Positions 49,066 through 58,491 of a stretch of 64,000 nucleotides of DNA are shown piece by piece. Source of the DNA: an uncultured Myxococcales bacterium (GTDB lineage Bacteria; Myxococcota; UBA727; CAYLZW01); contig CAYLZW010000003.1 in assembly GCA_964388085.1 (NCBI GenBank), positions 1,279 to 65,278 of the forward strand, read 5' to 3'. The notes beneath the pieces are model-generated. The model saw only the letters and a list, made by a program, of their open reading frames with translations, was not told the DNA's origin and did no database searches. The translations under genes were made by a program, and so were the position numbers. Within the stretch, counting starts at the first letter, position 1; each line of letters opens with the position of its first letter.

Positions 49066-51714
49066 TCATGGCAGGATGCACTCGGCGGTGTAGGAGACCT
49101 CGATCTCCGTGCCGGCCTCCGGGATGGCGGTGCCATTGAACTCGATGCTGTTGTCGATCGGGTCGAAGGACCAGCCGTTCTCCTCGCCGTAGGGCACTTC
49201 GACGCCGTTGATCTTGACGACGATGGTGTCGGGGTCGGGCTCGCGGGAGAGGCCGAATCGGGTCAGCGCGAAGAACGTGCCGAGGCCGATCTGCTCCATC
49301 ACGCTCGCCCAGTTGTCGGTGCAGATGGAGCCAAATACGCCGCCCGTGGCGAGCACGATGTCGAGGTATCGCGGGCCCGCGACGGCGTCGCCGCCGGGGC
49401 CGTCACAGCCGCCGGGGACGTCGCCGGCGATGGCGTTGGCGATCAGCGCCTGCACGCGATACCCCTTGGCGGCCAGCAAAATGTCGAGCCAGTCGTTGAC
49501 GGCGCCGTTGCTGCTGTCGCGCTCGTCGGAGACATACACGATCGAGAGCAGCGCCTCGTCGCGCAGGAAGTTCTCGTTCGGTCCGCCGCTGTTCGTGTTT
49601 GGGGGCGTGACGGCGAGGGCCGAGGCCTCGAGCCCCTTCTCCGTGGCCGAGCCGCTGGTGCCGACGTCCGCCATCGCGGTGAACGCGGCCTCCGGGTCGG
49701 GTACGGCGTTCGGGCCTGTCTTCGCGATAAAGGGGGCGACGAGCCGACCCGCTTCCCCCGGATTATTGCCCACGGTGTCGGTGGTGGTGACGCCGAGGTG
49801 GTAGTCGACGTCCGCCTGCGTGGTGAAGAAGTTGATGAAGGACGAAAAGTTCTGCGCGAGGGAGGTCTGCTCCTGGCCCATGGAGCCGGAGTTGTCGATG
49901 ACGAAGAGGATGTCGACGGCCGGGCGCTCGTGCTGGATGAACACGTCCGTCCGGTTGGCCGCCTCCACGGTGTCGCTCGAGCCGTACACCGAGGCGCGCA
50001 GGCGTGGCTGCAGGGTCCCCGTGGATTTGACCTCGAGCTGACCGGCGTGGCTGTCGACCACCGGCGCGGAGCTCATGCGCACCTGAATGATCCTGCTCGC
50101 GCCCGGGTGGAGCATGGTGCCGGGCGCTACACCCGTGATGATCTCGAAGTTCGGGTCGGACAGACCCGTGTACACGACCTCGTCGATGCGGCCGGCCACG
50201 GGGCCGACGTTCTCCAGCTCGATGTCGTAAGTGTCCGAGACGCAGCCCTGCGTGATGGTGCCGAAGTACTGCGCCCGCGGCGTCAAGCGGAAGTCGGCGT
50301 AGCTGCCAAATCCAATCAGGTCGGCGTCGGACCCGTCGTCCCCGTGGTCGATGCTGATGACACCGAGCGCGGGAGCGTTGTGCTGCGGCGTAAACGCGAC
50401 CTGGATGTCGAGCGTCTCGCCGGGGGCGAGCACGCCCGACGCCGGCGGGTTCACGATGACGAAGTCCGTTGCGCCCTCGGTCACCGTCACGGCGTCGATG
50501 GGGCAGTCCACGATCGAGATGTTCTTCGCCCGGATCGTCCCTTCGGAGGTGAGGCCGACCCCGAGCGTGTCGAAGAACAGCGGGGAGGGCGCGAACGAGA
50601 TGGCGCAGCGAGGCTGCGGGTCCGCGAGCCCGGAGAGCGCGAGATCGAACGACGTGCCCTCGACGGTGGTGATGCGCACGATGCCCGAGCGCACGCCGAC
50701 CGCGGTCGGGTGGAACGCGAGCTCGAGCGCGCCGCTCTCTGTCGGGGCCAACACGGTGTCGACGGCCGGGCTGCTCGTCAGCGTAAAGTCGTCGGCGCCC
50801 GCCGTCACCTCGACGGACGCGATGGTGCAGGGGATCTCGCCGACACTGACGATGCTGCCGCTGGCGACGGTCTCGCTGAACGCCACCGTCGCGCGCGGGA
50901 AGACGATCGGATTGGGCGTGCCGGAGAGGCGGCAGAGCAGCTCGTCCGCAGCGTCCCCTGTGAGCGATGCCGTCAGCTCGAGCGCACCGTCGACGACGAT
51001 CGCGACCTCACCCGTGTGCGTCCCCGCGACCTTCGGCTCGTACGCCACCGTCATCTGCGTCGAGGCTCCCGACGCGATCACGTCCTCGCCGGCGCTCACC
51101 AGCACGAAGTGGTCGGCTCCCGCCGTGATGCGCGCGCCGCCGACATCGCAGTCACCCGTGCCGTTGTTCGTCACGGTCACGCTGGCCTCGTCGCGCTCGC
51201 CCGTGGTGAGCGAAGAGAAGGTCACGCTCTGCGGCTCGAGGGACACCGAGCACTCCGGCGGCAGGACGCCTTCGCCGGCGACGTGCTGACGTGCGGCGGG
51301 GCCAGCGATGTTCTCCCCCGGCAGGTCGAAGTGCAGCTCGGCCTCGTACTCACCCACGAGCGTTGGTCGAAAGCGCACAGGCACGAAGAAGTGCTCACCG
51401 ACGCCGAAGGGGGACGGGACCTCCGTCTGCACGATCTGGAAGGGTGACTCGACGCTCTCCGGATCCTCGACCGGGTTGCCTTCGCCGTCGAGGGGGACGA
51501 GCACGACATCGATGCGGTCCACCGGGACGTTGCCGCAATTCGTGACGGCCACTGTCTGCGTCTCCGCCGTCCGCACGAGCTGCTCGCCGAAATCCATGTC
51601 GCCGGGACGCAGGCAGAACTCGTACGTGGCGGTCAGCGTGGTCTCGTCGCAACCTTCGCAGGCAGCGGTGAACGCCACCAAAAGAAGGACCGGTAAGGTG
51701 ATTGCGCGCCTCAT
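49066..51714 (-). CDS. Large surface lipoprotein A: five choice-of-anchor-D/ASH-like Ig domains plus a vWA domain
   Basis: AGGAG RBS; lipobox FTAAC; five xxPxxxxF...VTNxG units; VDILFVIDNSGSM (MIDAS DxSxS), GVTTTD, YVSDE. Confidence 0.88.
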   Translation of the reverse strand: MRRAITLPVLLLVAFTAACEGCDETTLTATYEFCLRPGDMDFGEQLVRTAETQTVAVTNCGNVPVDRIDVVLVPLDGEGNPVEDPESVESPFQIVQTEVPSPFGVGEHFFVPVRFRPTLVGEYEAELHFDLPGENIAGPAARQHVAGEGVLPPECSVSLEPQSVTFSSLTTGERDEASVTVTNNGTGDCDVGGARITAGADHFVLVSAGEDVIASGASTQMTVAYEPKVAGTHTGEVAIVVDGALELTASLTGDAADELLCRLSGTPNPIVFPRATVAFSETVASGSIVSVGEIPCTIASVEVTAGADDFTLTSSPAVDTVLAPTESGALELAFHPTAVGVRSGIVRITTVEGTSFDLALSGLADPQPRCAISFAPSPLFFDTLGVGLTSEGTIRAKNISIVDCPIDAVTVTEGATDFVIVNPPASGVLAPGETLDIQVAFTPQHNAPALGVISIDHGDDGSDADLIGFGSYADFRLTPRAQYFGTITQGCVSDTYDIELENVGPVAGRIDEVVYTGLSDPNFEIITGVAPGTMLHPGASRIIQVRMSSAPVVDSHAGQLEVKSTGTLQPRLRASVYGSSDTVEAANRTDVFIQHERPAVDILFVIDNSGSMGQEQTSLAQNFSSFINFFTTQADVDYHLGVTTTDTVGNNPGEAGRLVAPFIAKTGPNAVPDPEAAFTAMADVGTSGSATEKGLEASALAVTPPNTNSGGPNENFLRDEALLSIVYVSDERDSSNGAVNDWLDILLAAKGYRVQALIANAIAGDVPGGCDGPGGDAVAGPRYLDIVLATGGVFGSICTDNWASVMEQIGLGTFFALTRFGLSREPDPDTIVVKINGVEVPYGEENGWSFDPIDNSIEFNGTAIPEAGTEIEVSYTAECILP

Positions 51715-51752
51715 GACGAACTCCTGCGGACAAGAAGACCAGGCCTGCTCGC

Positions 51753-51807
51753 GTTATCCGCGCCCAATTCGCAGACGTCAAACCTGAGACACTCTCAGAA
51801 TTCTGAG
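51753..51807 (-). promoter_or_regulatory. sigma70-like promoter plus 14-bp palindromic operator-like site for the lipoprotein operon
   Basis: TTGACG (51781-51776)-17 nt-GATAAC (51758-51753); perfect palindrome CTCAGAATTCTGAG at 51794-51807, in an unusually AT-rich stretch. Confidence 0.6.
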
Positions 51808-52089
51808 GTAAACCAGGCTGTTACTCTGCTAGGCGCCCGAAACTTCCTGAAACAGAATCCAAATTCTCGCACCGGGGCACCGCGGGGGCCCCCCTTTCAT
51901 GCACGCAAACGGGCGGTTCCGCTCGTGGATCCCTGCCCCGATCTGGGTCGCCTGCGTCAGCGGTGCGCGCGAAGGCTCTCGCCGCGCGCCCCTTGGCTTG
52001 CTAGGACGCCTCACACAGCGCCCCCCGCGGGTTGGGGAGGGGCGCCGATCCTGTCCTGCCTGCGACGGTAACTCCCCGAAAAGACGCCA

Positions 52090-52854
52090 GTGCTCCTCGT
52101 CATCGACTGCGGCAACACCAACATCTCCGTCGGCCTCTACGAGGGCGAGGCGCTCGCACATCACTTCCGCGTGTCGACCAACCGGCACGCCACGAGCGAC
52201 GAGTACGGCACGCTGCTGGTCGCGTTGCTCGAGCATCGCGGGGTCGCCGCGCGCGAGGTCACCGGGGGCATCGTGGCGTCGGTGGTGCCGCAGCTGAACC
52301 GGGCGCTCACGGGGGCCTGCCAGGGCTACTTCGGCTGGACGCCGCACCTCGTGGGGCCCGGCATGAAGACGGGCATGCCCATCCTCATCGACAACCCCTC
52401 CGAGGTGGGCGCCGATCGCATCGTCAACGCCGTCGCGGCCTGGGCCCGCTACCAGACCGCGCTCATCGTCGTGGACTTCGGCACCGCCACCAACTTCGAC
52501 GTGGTGAGCCCGAAGGGCGAGTACCTCGGGGGCGCCATCGCGCCCGGGGTCGAGATCTCCATCGACGCGCTGTTCGCGCGGGCAGCGAAGCTCCCGCGCA
52601 TCGAGATGAAAGCCCCGCCGCGGGTGGTGGGCAAGAACACGGTGGGCGCGCTGCAGTCCGGGCTCTTCTATGGCTATGTCGGGCTCGTCGATGAGCTCGT
52701 CACGCGCATGAAGCACGAGCTCGGCCACGAGGCGCGCGTCATCGCTACCGGAGGCCTCGCGACCCTGTTCGCGGACGTCTCGCGCACCATCAACGACGTC
52801 GACGAGATGTTGACGCTCGCCGGCCTGCGCATCCTGCACGGCATGAACGCCTGA
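52090..52854 (+). CDS. coaX: Type III pantothenate kinase
   Basis: IDCGNTNI, GADR, VDFGTAT, GGAIAPG, IATGG. Confidence 0.95.
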   Translation: MLLVIDCGNTNISVGLYEGEALAHHFRVSTNRHATSDEYGTLLVALLEHRGVAAREVTGGIVASVVPQLNRALTGACQGYFGWTPHLVGPGMKTGMPILIDNPSEVGADRIVNAVAAWARYQTALIVVDFGTATNFDVVSPKGEYLGGAIAPGVEISIDALFARAAKLPRIEMKAPPRVVGKNTVGALQSGLFYGYVGLVDELVTRMKHELGHEARVIATGGLATLFADVSRTINDVDEMLTLAGLRILHGMNA

Positions 52855-52914
52855 AACGCCAAACCATTGGCCTGCGACCCCCACGTCGGGAATCGCGTCG
52901 CAACGAGAGAGACC

Positions 52915-54891
52915 ATGAGTGACATTCAAGATCCGCATGAGGAAGACATCGCGAGCAGCGACGAGGGCGACGCCGCCCTCGAGGCCAGCGCCGAGCAGCG
53001 TACGAGCGCGGACCTGGGCAGCGAGGTCCCGCGAGACGAAGGGGAAGACGAGCCCAGCGCGGAGCACGCCGGCTACGAGCCCGACGAGGACGACGATCGC
53101 GGCGCGCCCGCCATCGTGGACGAGTCCGCCTGGGCCGATGACGACGACGAGGACGACGAGGACTTCGGTCACCTCGCGCGCCTGGTCGAGGACGACGCCG
53201 AGCCGAGCGCCGCCCACAGCGGCGGCCCGCGCGTCGACGACGGCTCTCGGCCCGCGTCCGAGCACGAGATCCCGCTCGACAAGATCGACGCCGACGCCCT
53301 CTGGGTGGTCAAGCGCCTGCGCGCCAAGGGCTACGAGGCCTACCTGACCGGCGGCTGCGTGCGCGACCTCTTGCTCGGCGTCCCGCCGAAGGACTTCGAC
53401 GTCGCCACCGCCGCGCACCCGAACGAGGTCAAGAGCGTGTTCCGGAACTGCCGCCTCATCGGCCGCCGCTTCCGCCTCGCGCACGTGTACTTCCCGAACG
53501 GCAAGGTCATCGAGACGGCCACCTTCCGCGCCAACCCGCTCGACGAGCTCGAGGACCTGCCGGAGGACCTCCTCGTCGAGCGCGACAACGTGTTCGGCAC
53601 CGTCGAGGACGACGCGCGCCGCCGCGACCTGACCATCAACGGCCTGTTCTACGACCCGCTCGCCGGCAAGGTCATCGACTTCGTCAACGGCCGCGCGGAC
53701 CTCGACGCCCGCCTCATCCGCACCATCGGCGACCCGCAGATCCGCTTCCAGGAGGACCCGGTCCGCATCATGCGCGCGATCAAGTTCGCCACGCGGCTCG
53801 GCTTCGACTTCGAGGAGAACACCGCCGCCGCCATGCGCGAGCACGTCGGGGAGCTGGTCCGCTGCGCGCCGCCGCGCCTGCAAGAGGAGCTCTTGCGCCT
53901 GCTCACCTCGAAGCACGGCAGGGACGCGTGGATCCTCTGCAAGCAGTTCGGCCTCCCCGAGACGCTGCTGCCCGAGCTCATGGAGGGCATGAACCTCGAG
54001 CTCCCCGCGAGGAAGATCGAGCTCGTCACTGGACACGAGACGCGCGCGCCCGAGGCGCTGCCGCTCGAGGCGCCGGGCGACGCCGCCGCCGAAGGGGCCA
54101 ACGAGGACGCACACAGCGACGACGAGGCGCAGGACGCCGGGGAGCAGGCGGCCGAGGCGGTGGACGCCGCGCTGGCCGCGAACGCGCCGAGCGATGACGA
54201 GGGCCAGGCGGAGCAGCCCGCGGACGCCGACCTGCAGCGAGAGCCGCACCCGGGCGAGACCGTGCTCGCCGCTCCGGTGGTGGAGCCCTTGCCGCCCCCG
54301 CCGAGCCCGGCCGAGCGCGAGGCGCGCTTGCTCGCGCTGCTCTCGTCCATCGACGAGATCCGCCGGCGTGACGCCGAGGTGTCGACGTCGGTCGTGTGGG
54401 CCGCGCTGGTGCTGCCGGTGTGGGAGGCCTTCCAGCGCTCCGACGAGGACGGCGCCGCCTGGATCGAGTCCGCGTGTCACGCGTGGACCGAGCGGGTGCG
54501 CATGACCCGCCGCGACAAGGACACGCTCTGGCTGCTCTTGAAGGGCCTCGACCAGCTGCGCCCGTCCGGTCGTCGAGGAAACGCCGCGCGCCACACCGTC
54601 AGCCGGCCGTGGTTCCGCGAGTCGCTGCTGCTGTACACGCTCGCCCTGCACGCCGAAGGCAAGCCGCTCGACGAGGTGGCCGCGTGGAAGGCCATCGCCC
54701 AGCACTACGACCAGCCCTATCGCCAGCCGCGCGTCGGGGAGCGCGCGCCTCGCATGGGCGGCGGCGGACGCGATCGCGACGGCAAGTCTCGCGGCGGGCG
54801 CCGTAGCCGTCGCGGCGGCGGCGGTGGCGGTGGCGGCGGTGGTGGCGGACGCCGCGGTGGTCGTCGTCGCGGCGGCGGCGGCGGCGCCTGA
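52915..54891 (+). CDS. pcnB: Poly(A) polymerase I
   Basis: GGCVRDLLLG..PKDFDVAT, RRRDLTIN and the PAP-specific LIGRRFRLAHV signature. ATG 52915 chosen as start. Confidence 0.9.
   Translation: MSDIQDPHEEDIASSDEGDAALEASAEQRTSADLGSEVPRDEGEDEPSAEHAGYEPDEDDDRGAPAIVDESAWADDDDEDDEDFGHLARLVEDDAEPSAAHSGGPRVDDGSRPASEHEIPLDKIDADALWVVKRLRAKGYEAYLTGGCVRDLLLGVPPKDFDVATAAHPNEVKSVFRNCRLIGRRFRLAHVYFPNGKVIETATFRANPLDELEDLPEDLLVERDNVFGTVEDDARRRDLTINGLFYDPLAGKVIDFVNGRADLDARLIRTIGDPQIRFQEDPVRIMRAIKFATRLGFDFEENTAAAMREHVGELVRCAPPRLQEELLRLLTSKHGRDAWILCKQFGLPETLLPELMEGMNLELPARKIELVTGHETRAPEALPLEAPGDAAAEGANEDAHSDDEAQDAGEQAAEAVDAALAANAPSDDEGQAEQPADADLQREPHPGETVLAAPVVEPLPPPPSPAEREARLLALLSSIDEIRRRDAEVSTSVVWAALVLPVWEAFQRSDEDGAAWIESACHAWTERVRMTRRDKDTLWLLLKGLDQLRPSGRRGNAARHTVSRPWFRESLLLYTLALHAEGKPLDEVAAWKAIAQHYDQPYRQPRVGERAPRMGGGGRDRDGKSRGGRRSRRGGGGGGGGGGGGRRGGRRRGGGGGA
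54810..54885 (+). repeat. GGC/GGT/CGY trinucleotide-rich low-complexity tract encoding the poly-Gly/RGG tail of PcnB
   Basis: cgcggcggcggcggtggcggtggcggcggtggtggcgga...cgtcgtcgcggcggcggcggcggc. Confidence 0.7.
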
Positions 54892-54899
54892 GGTCCGAT

Positions 54900-56507
54900 A
54901 TGCAAGCCACGGCTCTCTCACACGAGGTCGAGCGACGTCGCACCTTCGCGATCATCTCGCATCCCGACGCGGGCAAGACCACGCTCACCGAGAAGCTGCT
55001 CCTTTACGGCGGCGCGATCCACGTCGCCGGCGCCGTAAAGGATCGACGCGCAGCGCGCGCGGCCACCAGTGACTGGATGGCCATGGAGCGCGAGCGCGGT
55101 ATCTCGATCACGACGAGCGCCATGCAGTTCGAGTTTCAGGGGCATCGCCTGAACCTGCTCGACACGCCCGGTCACAACGACTTCAGCGAGGACACCTACC
55201 GAACGCTCGCCGCCGTCGACGCCGCGGTCATGCTCATCGACTGCGTCAAGGGCGTCGAGCCGCAGACCATCAAGCTCTTCGAGGTCTGCCGGCTGCGCAA
55301 CATCCCCATCGTCACGTTCATCAACAAGATGGACCGGCCGGGAAAAGACCCCATCGAGCTGCTCGAGGAGATCGAGAACGTGCTCGGCATCCCGACGAGC
55401 CCCATGACGTGGCCCGTCGGCATGGGCGATCGCTTCAAAGGCATCTTCGACCGGCGCGATCGCGTGTTCCACCGCTTCGAGCGCGCGCGAAAGCAGGGCG
55501 GTCGCGCGAGCATGGAGCTGAGCGCGGTCGACGATCCCGCCCTGCGCGAGGAGCTCGGCGAAGAGGACCACAAGCGGCTCCTCGACGAGCTCGAGCTGCT
55601 GGACGAGGCCGGCAACCCGTTCGTGCAGGAGGCCTTCCTGAAGGGCCAGGTGACGCCGGTGTTCTTCGGCAGCGCCATGACGAGCTTCGGCGTCGAGCCG
55701 TTCCTCGCGCGCTTCCTCGAGATCGCTCCGGCGCCGCCGCCGCGCGAGTCGAGCGCCGGCGTGGTCGCGCCCGACGCGCCTACGTTCAGCGGCTTCATCT
55801 TCAAGATCCAGGCGAACATGGATCCGAACCACCGCGATCGCATCGCGTTCCTGCGCGTGTGCTCGGGCCGCTTCGAGCGCGGCATGAAGGTGAAGAACGC
55901 GCGCACGGGCAAGCCGCTGACGCTCTCGCGCGTCATGAGCTTCCTCGCGCAGGACCGGGTCACCGTCGAGGAGGCCTTCGCGGGCGACATCATCGGCGTG
56001 TGGGACCCCGGCGTCGTGCGCATCGGCGACGCGCTCACCGACGGGCCTGCCGTCGAGTTCGAGGGCATCCCCCGCTTCTCGCCCGAGCACTTCATGCGCG
56101 CCACCGTGCGCGATCCGATGAAACGCAAGCAGCTCAAGAAGGGCCTCGAGCAGCTCTCCGAGGAGGGCGCCGTGCAGCTGCTCTTCGATCGGCACGGGCA
56201 GGACCCCGATCCCGTGCTGGCCGCCGTCGGCGTGCTGCAGTTCGAGGTCGTGCAGCACCGCCTGAAGGCCGAGTACAACGTCGACGCGCAGCTCACGCGG
56301 CTGCCCTATGGCCGCGCGCGCTGGGTAGAGGGCGATTTCAACGCCAACGAGCTCGAGGATCCCGGCCGCATCCAGTGCTTCCTCGACGGTGACGGCCGGC
56401 CGCTCCTGCTGTTCGACAGCGAGTGGACCTGCAAGCGCACCGAAGACCGGAACCAGAGCCTCACGTTCCACTCCGCCATGCAGCCCGCCCGCGCCAGCCG
56501 GCGCTGA
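54900..56507 (+). CDS. prfC: Peptide chain release factor 3
   Basis: IISHPDAGKTT, DWMAMERERGISIT, DTPGHNDFSEDTYR, NKMD, AVGVLQFEV. Confidence 0.97.
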   Translation: MQATALSHEVERRRTFAIISHPDAGKTTLTEKLLLYGGAIHVAGAVKDRRAARAATSDWMAMERERGISITTSAMQFEFQGHRLNLLDTPGHNDFSEDTYRTLAAVDAAVMLIDCVKGVEPQTIKLFEVCRLRNIPIVTFINKMDRPGKDPIELLEEIENVLGIPTSPMTWPVGMGDRFKGIFDRRDRVFHRFERARKQGGRASMELSAVDDPALREELGEEDHKRLLDELELLDEAGNPFVQEAFLKGQVTPVFFGSAMTSFGVEPFLARFLEIAPAPPPRESSAGVVAPDAPTFSGFIFKIQANMDPNHRDRIAFLRVCSGRFERGMKVKNARTGKPLTLSRVMSFLAQDRVTVEEAFAGDIIGVWDPGVVRIGDALTDGPAVEFEGIPRFSPEHFMRATVRDPMKRKQLKKGLEQLSEEGAVQLLFDRHGQDPDPVLAAVGVLQFEVVQHRLKAEYNVDAQLTRLPYGRARWVEGDFNANELEDPGRIQCFLDGDGRPLLLFDSEWTCKRTEDRNQSLTFHSAMQPARASRR

Positions 56508-56549
56508 GCGCCGCCGCGCACGGACGCTCGCGCTCGGCTCCGGGGGCCG

Positions 56550-58283
56550 CTATCGGCGCCTCCTGCGCACGAGCACCCACATCCCGAACGCCAGAAAGCC
56601 GCTCGACCCGCCGGGCCACGACGACGACACCTCGGTCCGCTCACAGGAGCACAACGGCACGTATTCATCGGAGTAGGTCGGGTCCGAATCGCCGCACCCC
56701 GCGTCCGGCCCTGGCCAGGGCCAGCACTCCACAGGCTCCTCCGGCCCGGCGTCGGGCTCCTCCTCGGGAATGCACGCGTCGCCGTACACCCCTTCAGCGC
56801 AGGGCAGGCGCCGATGAATCTCTTCCAGGAGAGCGTCCGAGAGCACGATCGTATTGTGATCGATATTGTCCGGCAGCGCGGGCAGATCGCCGCTCGCGAG
56901 CACGAGGTCGAAGGGCGTCTCGCCCGCGGCGACCAGCGCGGCGATGTCCTGCTCCGGCGTCGTCGGGGGCAGGCCGAGGGCGCTGCTCGTGGTCACGAAC
57001 GGGATCGCGCTGCTCGAGGCCGCGCGAAATGACGGCTCGTGGAAATCTTGCCGCGAGCGCTCGGCCACCGCGAGCATCTCGCCGGCATAATCGAGCGTGC
57101 CGCCCGAGAACGAATCGAAGAGCTGCATCTCGTCGGGCGCGCGCGCGTCCTTTCTCCCGCCGTCGTGGTTCTGCGCCAGGCCGTCGTAGTACACGTGCGA
57201 TTTGAAGCAGATCTCGCCCGGATTGTCGGTGAACACCTCGAAGGTGCCTCGCACCGACGCGAACGAGTTTCCCTTCGCACCCGTGAAGTAGAAGAGCTCA
57301 CCGCCTGGCCCCACCTCTTGCTCATTCGGGACGCCGCGCAGGTTGCCGTTGGTGACCGCGATGGAGGGCACGGCAGGGAAGCCGGTCTCGTCGAGGAGCT
57401 GCATGAACGCGGGGTAGGCCTCGGGCAACGCGATCCCCTGGATGGTCATCTGCTGGGCCTGGAGCGAGGTGGGGTCCGGGAAGCCCTGGATGCTGTCGGG
57501 GTCGAGCGACGTGGTCATGCCGACCATGCTGGCGAGATTGAACACGCCCTCCCAGCCGGGATCGATGGCGATGAAGTCCGCCTCGGTCATGGCCGCCCAC
57601 TCGTCGAGCTTCAGCTTCAGGCTCTGCATCCCGGCGGGGACGTGCACGCCCCGGTGCGGCGTGTCGTAGGTGATGGAGAGGCCGACGTGGTGCGGCTCTC
57701 CCGCGGCCTCCATGTCGGCCAGCGCGATGCGCGCGAGCAGCCCGCCCATGCTGTGCCCGAAGACCACCCAGGGCAGCGCGCTCTCCCCGCGGTAGCCGTT
57801 CAAGAGCGCCAGCGCGCGCCGGACGGCGGCGGCGTCGTCCTCCACGCTGTCGTTGGCCGCGTTCCCTGGCCCGATGACGACGATGTTGATGCCGGCCTTC
57901 TGGAAGTCTGCGAAGAAGCCCTCGCTGCCGTCCTCATAGAGCACCCGCGGCGGCGACGTGTGCGCGACGCCGTAGCCGTGCACGAAGAGGACGGCGCGCT
58001 CGAGCTTCTGACGGAGCTCCGCGTCGGTGGGCGGGCCGTCGAGGAAGCCCGGCGGGTCGAACCCCACCAGCAGGTCCTCGTTGTCGACGTGCACGGAGCA
58101 GGTGACCCAGAGCTCCTGGGCGTCGTCGCCGCTGCACTCGCGGGCCGCGGCGGCGCTCGAGAACACCAGGGGGAGAAGCGCGAGCCCGGAGAGGAGCCTT
58201 TCGGCGCCGCCCCGCCGGAGCGAGCGCGAGCGGAGTCGCCCGGTCGGTTTCAACGCCGTTGACGCTGGCGTGCGGCACTTCAT
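56550..58283 (-). CDS. Secreted alpha/beta hydrolase (esterase/lipase) with MYXO-CTERM-like tail
   Basis: Signal peptide ending SAAAA; HGYG; GHSMGG; DTPHRG; tail CSC...GFLAFGMWVLVRRRRR; GAGGTG before ATG 58283. Confidence 0.8.
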   Translation of the reverse strand: MKCRTPASTALKPTGRLRSRSLRRGGAERLLSGLALLPLVFSSAAAARECSGDDAQELWVTCSVHVDNEDLLVGFDPPGFLDGPPTDAELRQKLERAVLFVHGYGVAHTSPPRVLYEDGSEGFFADFQKAGINIVVIGPGNAANDSVEDDAAAVRRALALLNGYRGESALPWVVFGHSMGGLLARIALADMEAAGEPHHVGLSITYDTPHRGVHVPAGMQSLKLKLDEWAAMTEADFIAIDPGWEGVFNLASMVGMTTSLDPDSIQGFPDPTSLQAQQMTIQGIALPEAYPAFMQLLDETGFPAVPSIAVTNGNLRGVPNEQEVGPGGELFYFTGAKGNSFASVRGTFEVFTDNPGEICFKSHVYYDGLAQNHDGGRKDARAPDEMQLFDSFSGGTLDYAGEMLAVAERSRQDFHEPSFRAASSSAIPFVTTSSALGLPPTTPEQDIAALVAAGETPFDLVLASGDLPALPDNIDHNTIVLSDALLEEIHRRLPCAEGVYGDACIPEEEPDAGPEEPVECWPWPGPDAGCGDSDPTYSDEYVPLCSCERTEVSSSWPGGSSGFLAFGMWVLVRRRRR

Positions 58284-58491
58284 GCTCACCTCGGTCTCGC
58301 GGCCTCAAAGGTTGCCTGCCCTCAAGGCCCTCTGACAGGTATCACACGGGGCGCTGGCCACGTCGGGCAGGACCCGTGGGCGGAGCCCGGGGGAGCCGAC
58401 GTGAGCGCGCCGACGTCGGAGGTCCGGCGACCCCGGACGGGGCGAGCCCCTTTACGCCGACAGGACCGCTGGCCTACAACGCTCAGCGTCG

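Noticed and set aside
51880-52089. Structured-looking leader before coaX (GCAAAC, GC hairpins) as a riboswitch or ncRNA
   Set aside because: I could not match the conserved cores of c-di-GMP, SAM, cobalamin or other riboswitches I know. An Rfam/Infernal scan would be decisive.
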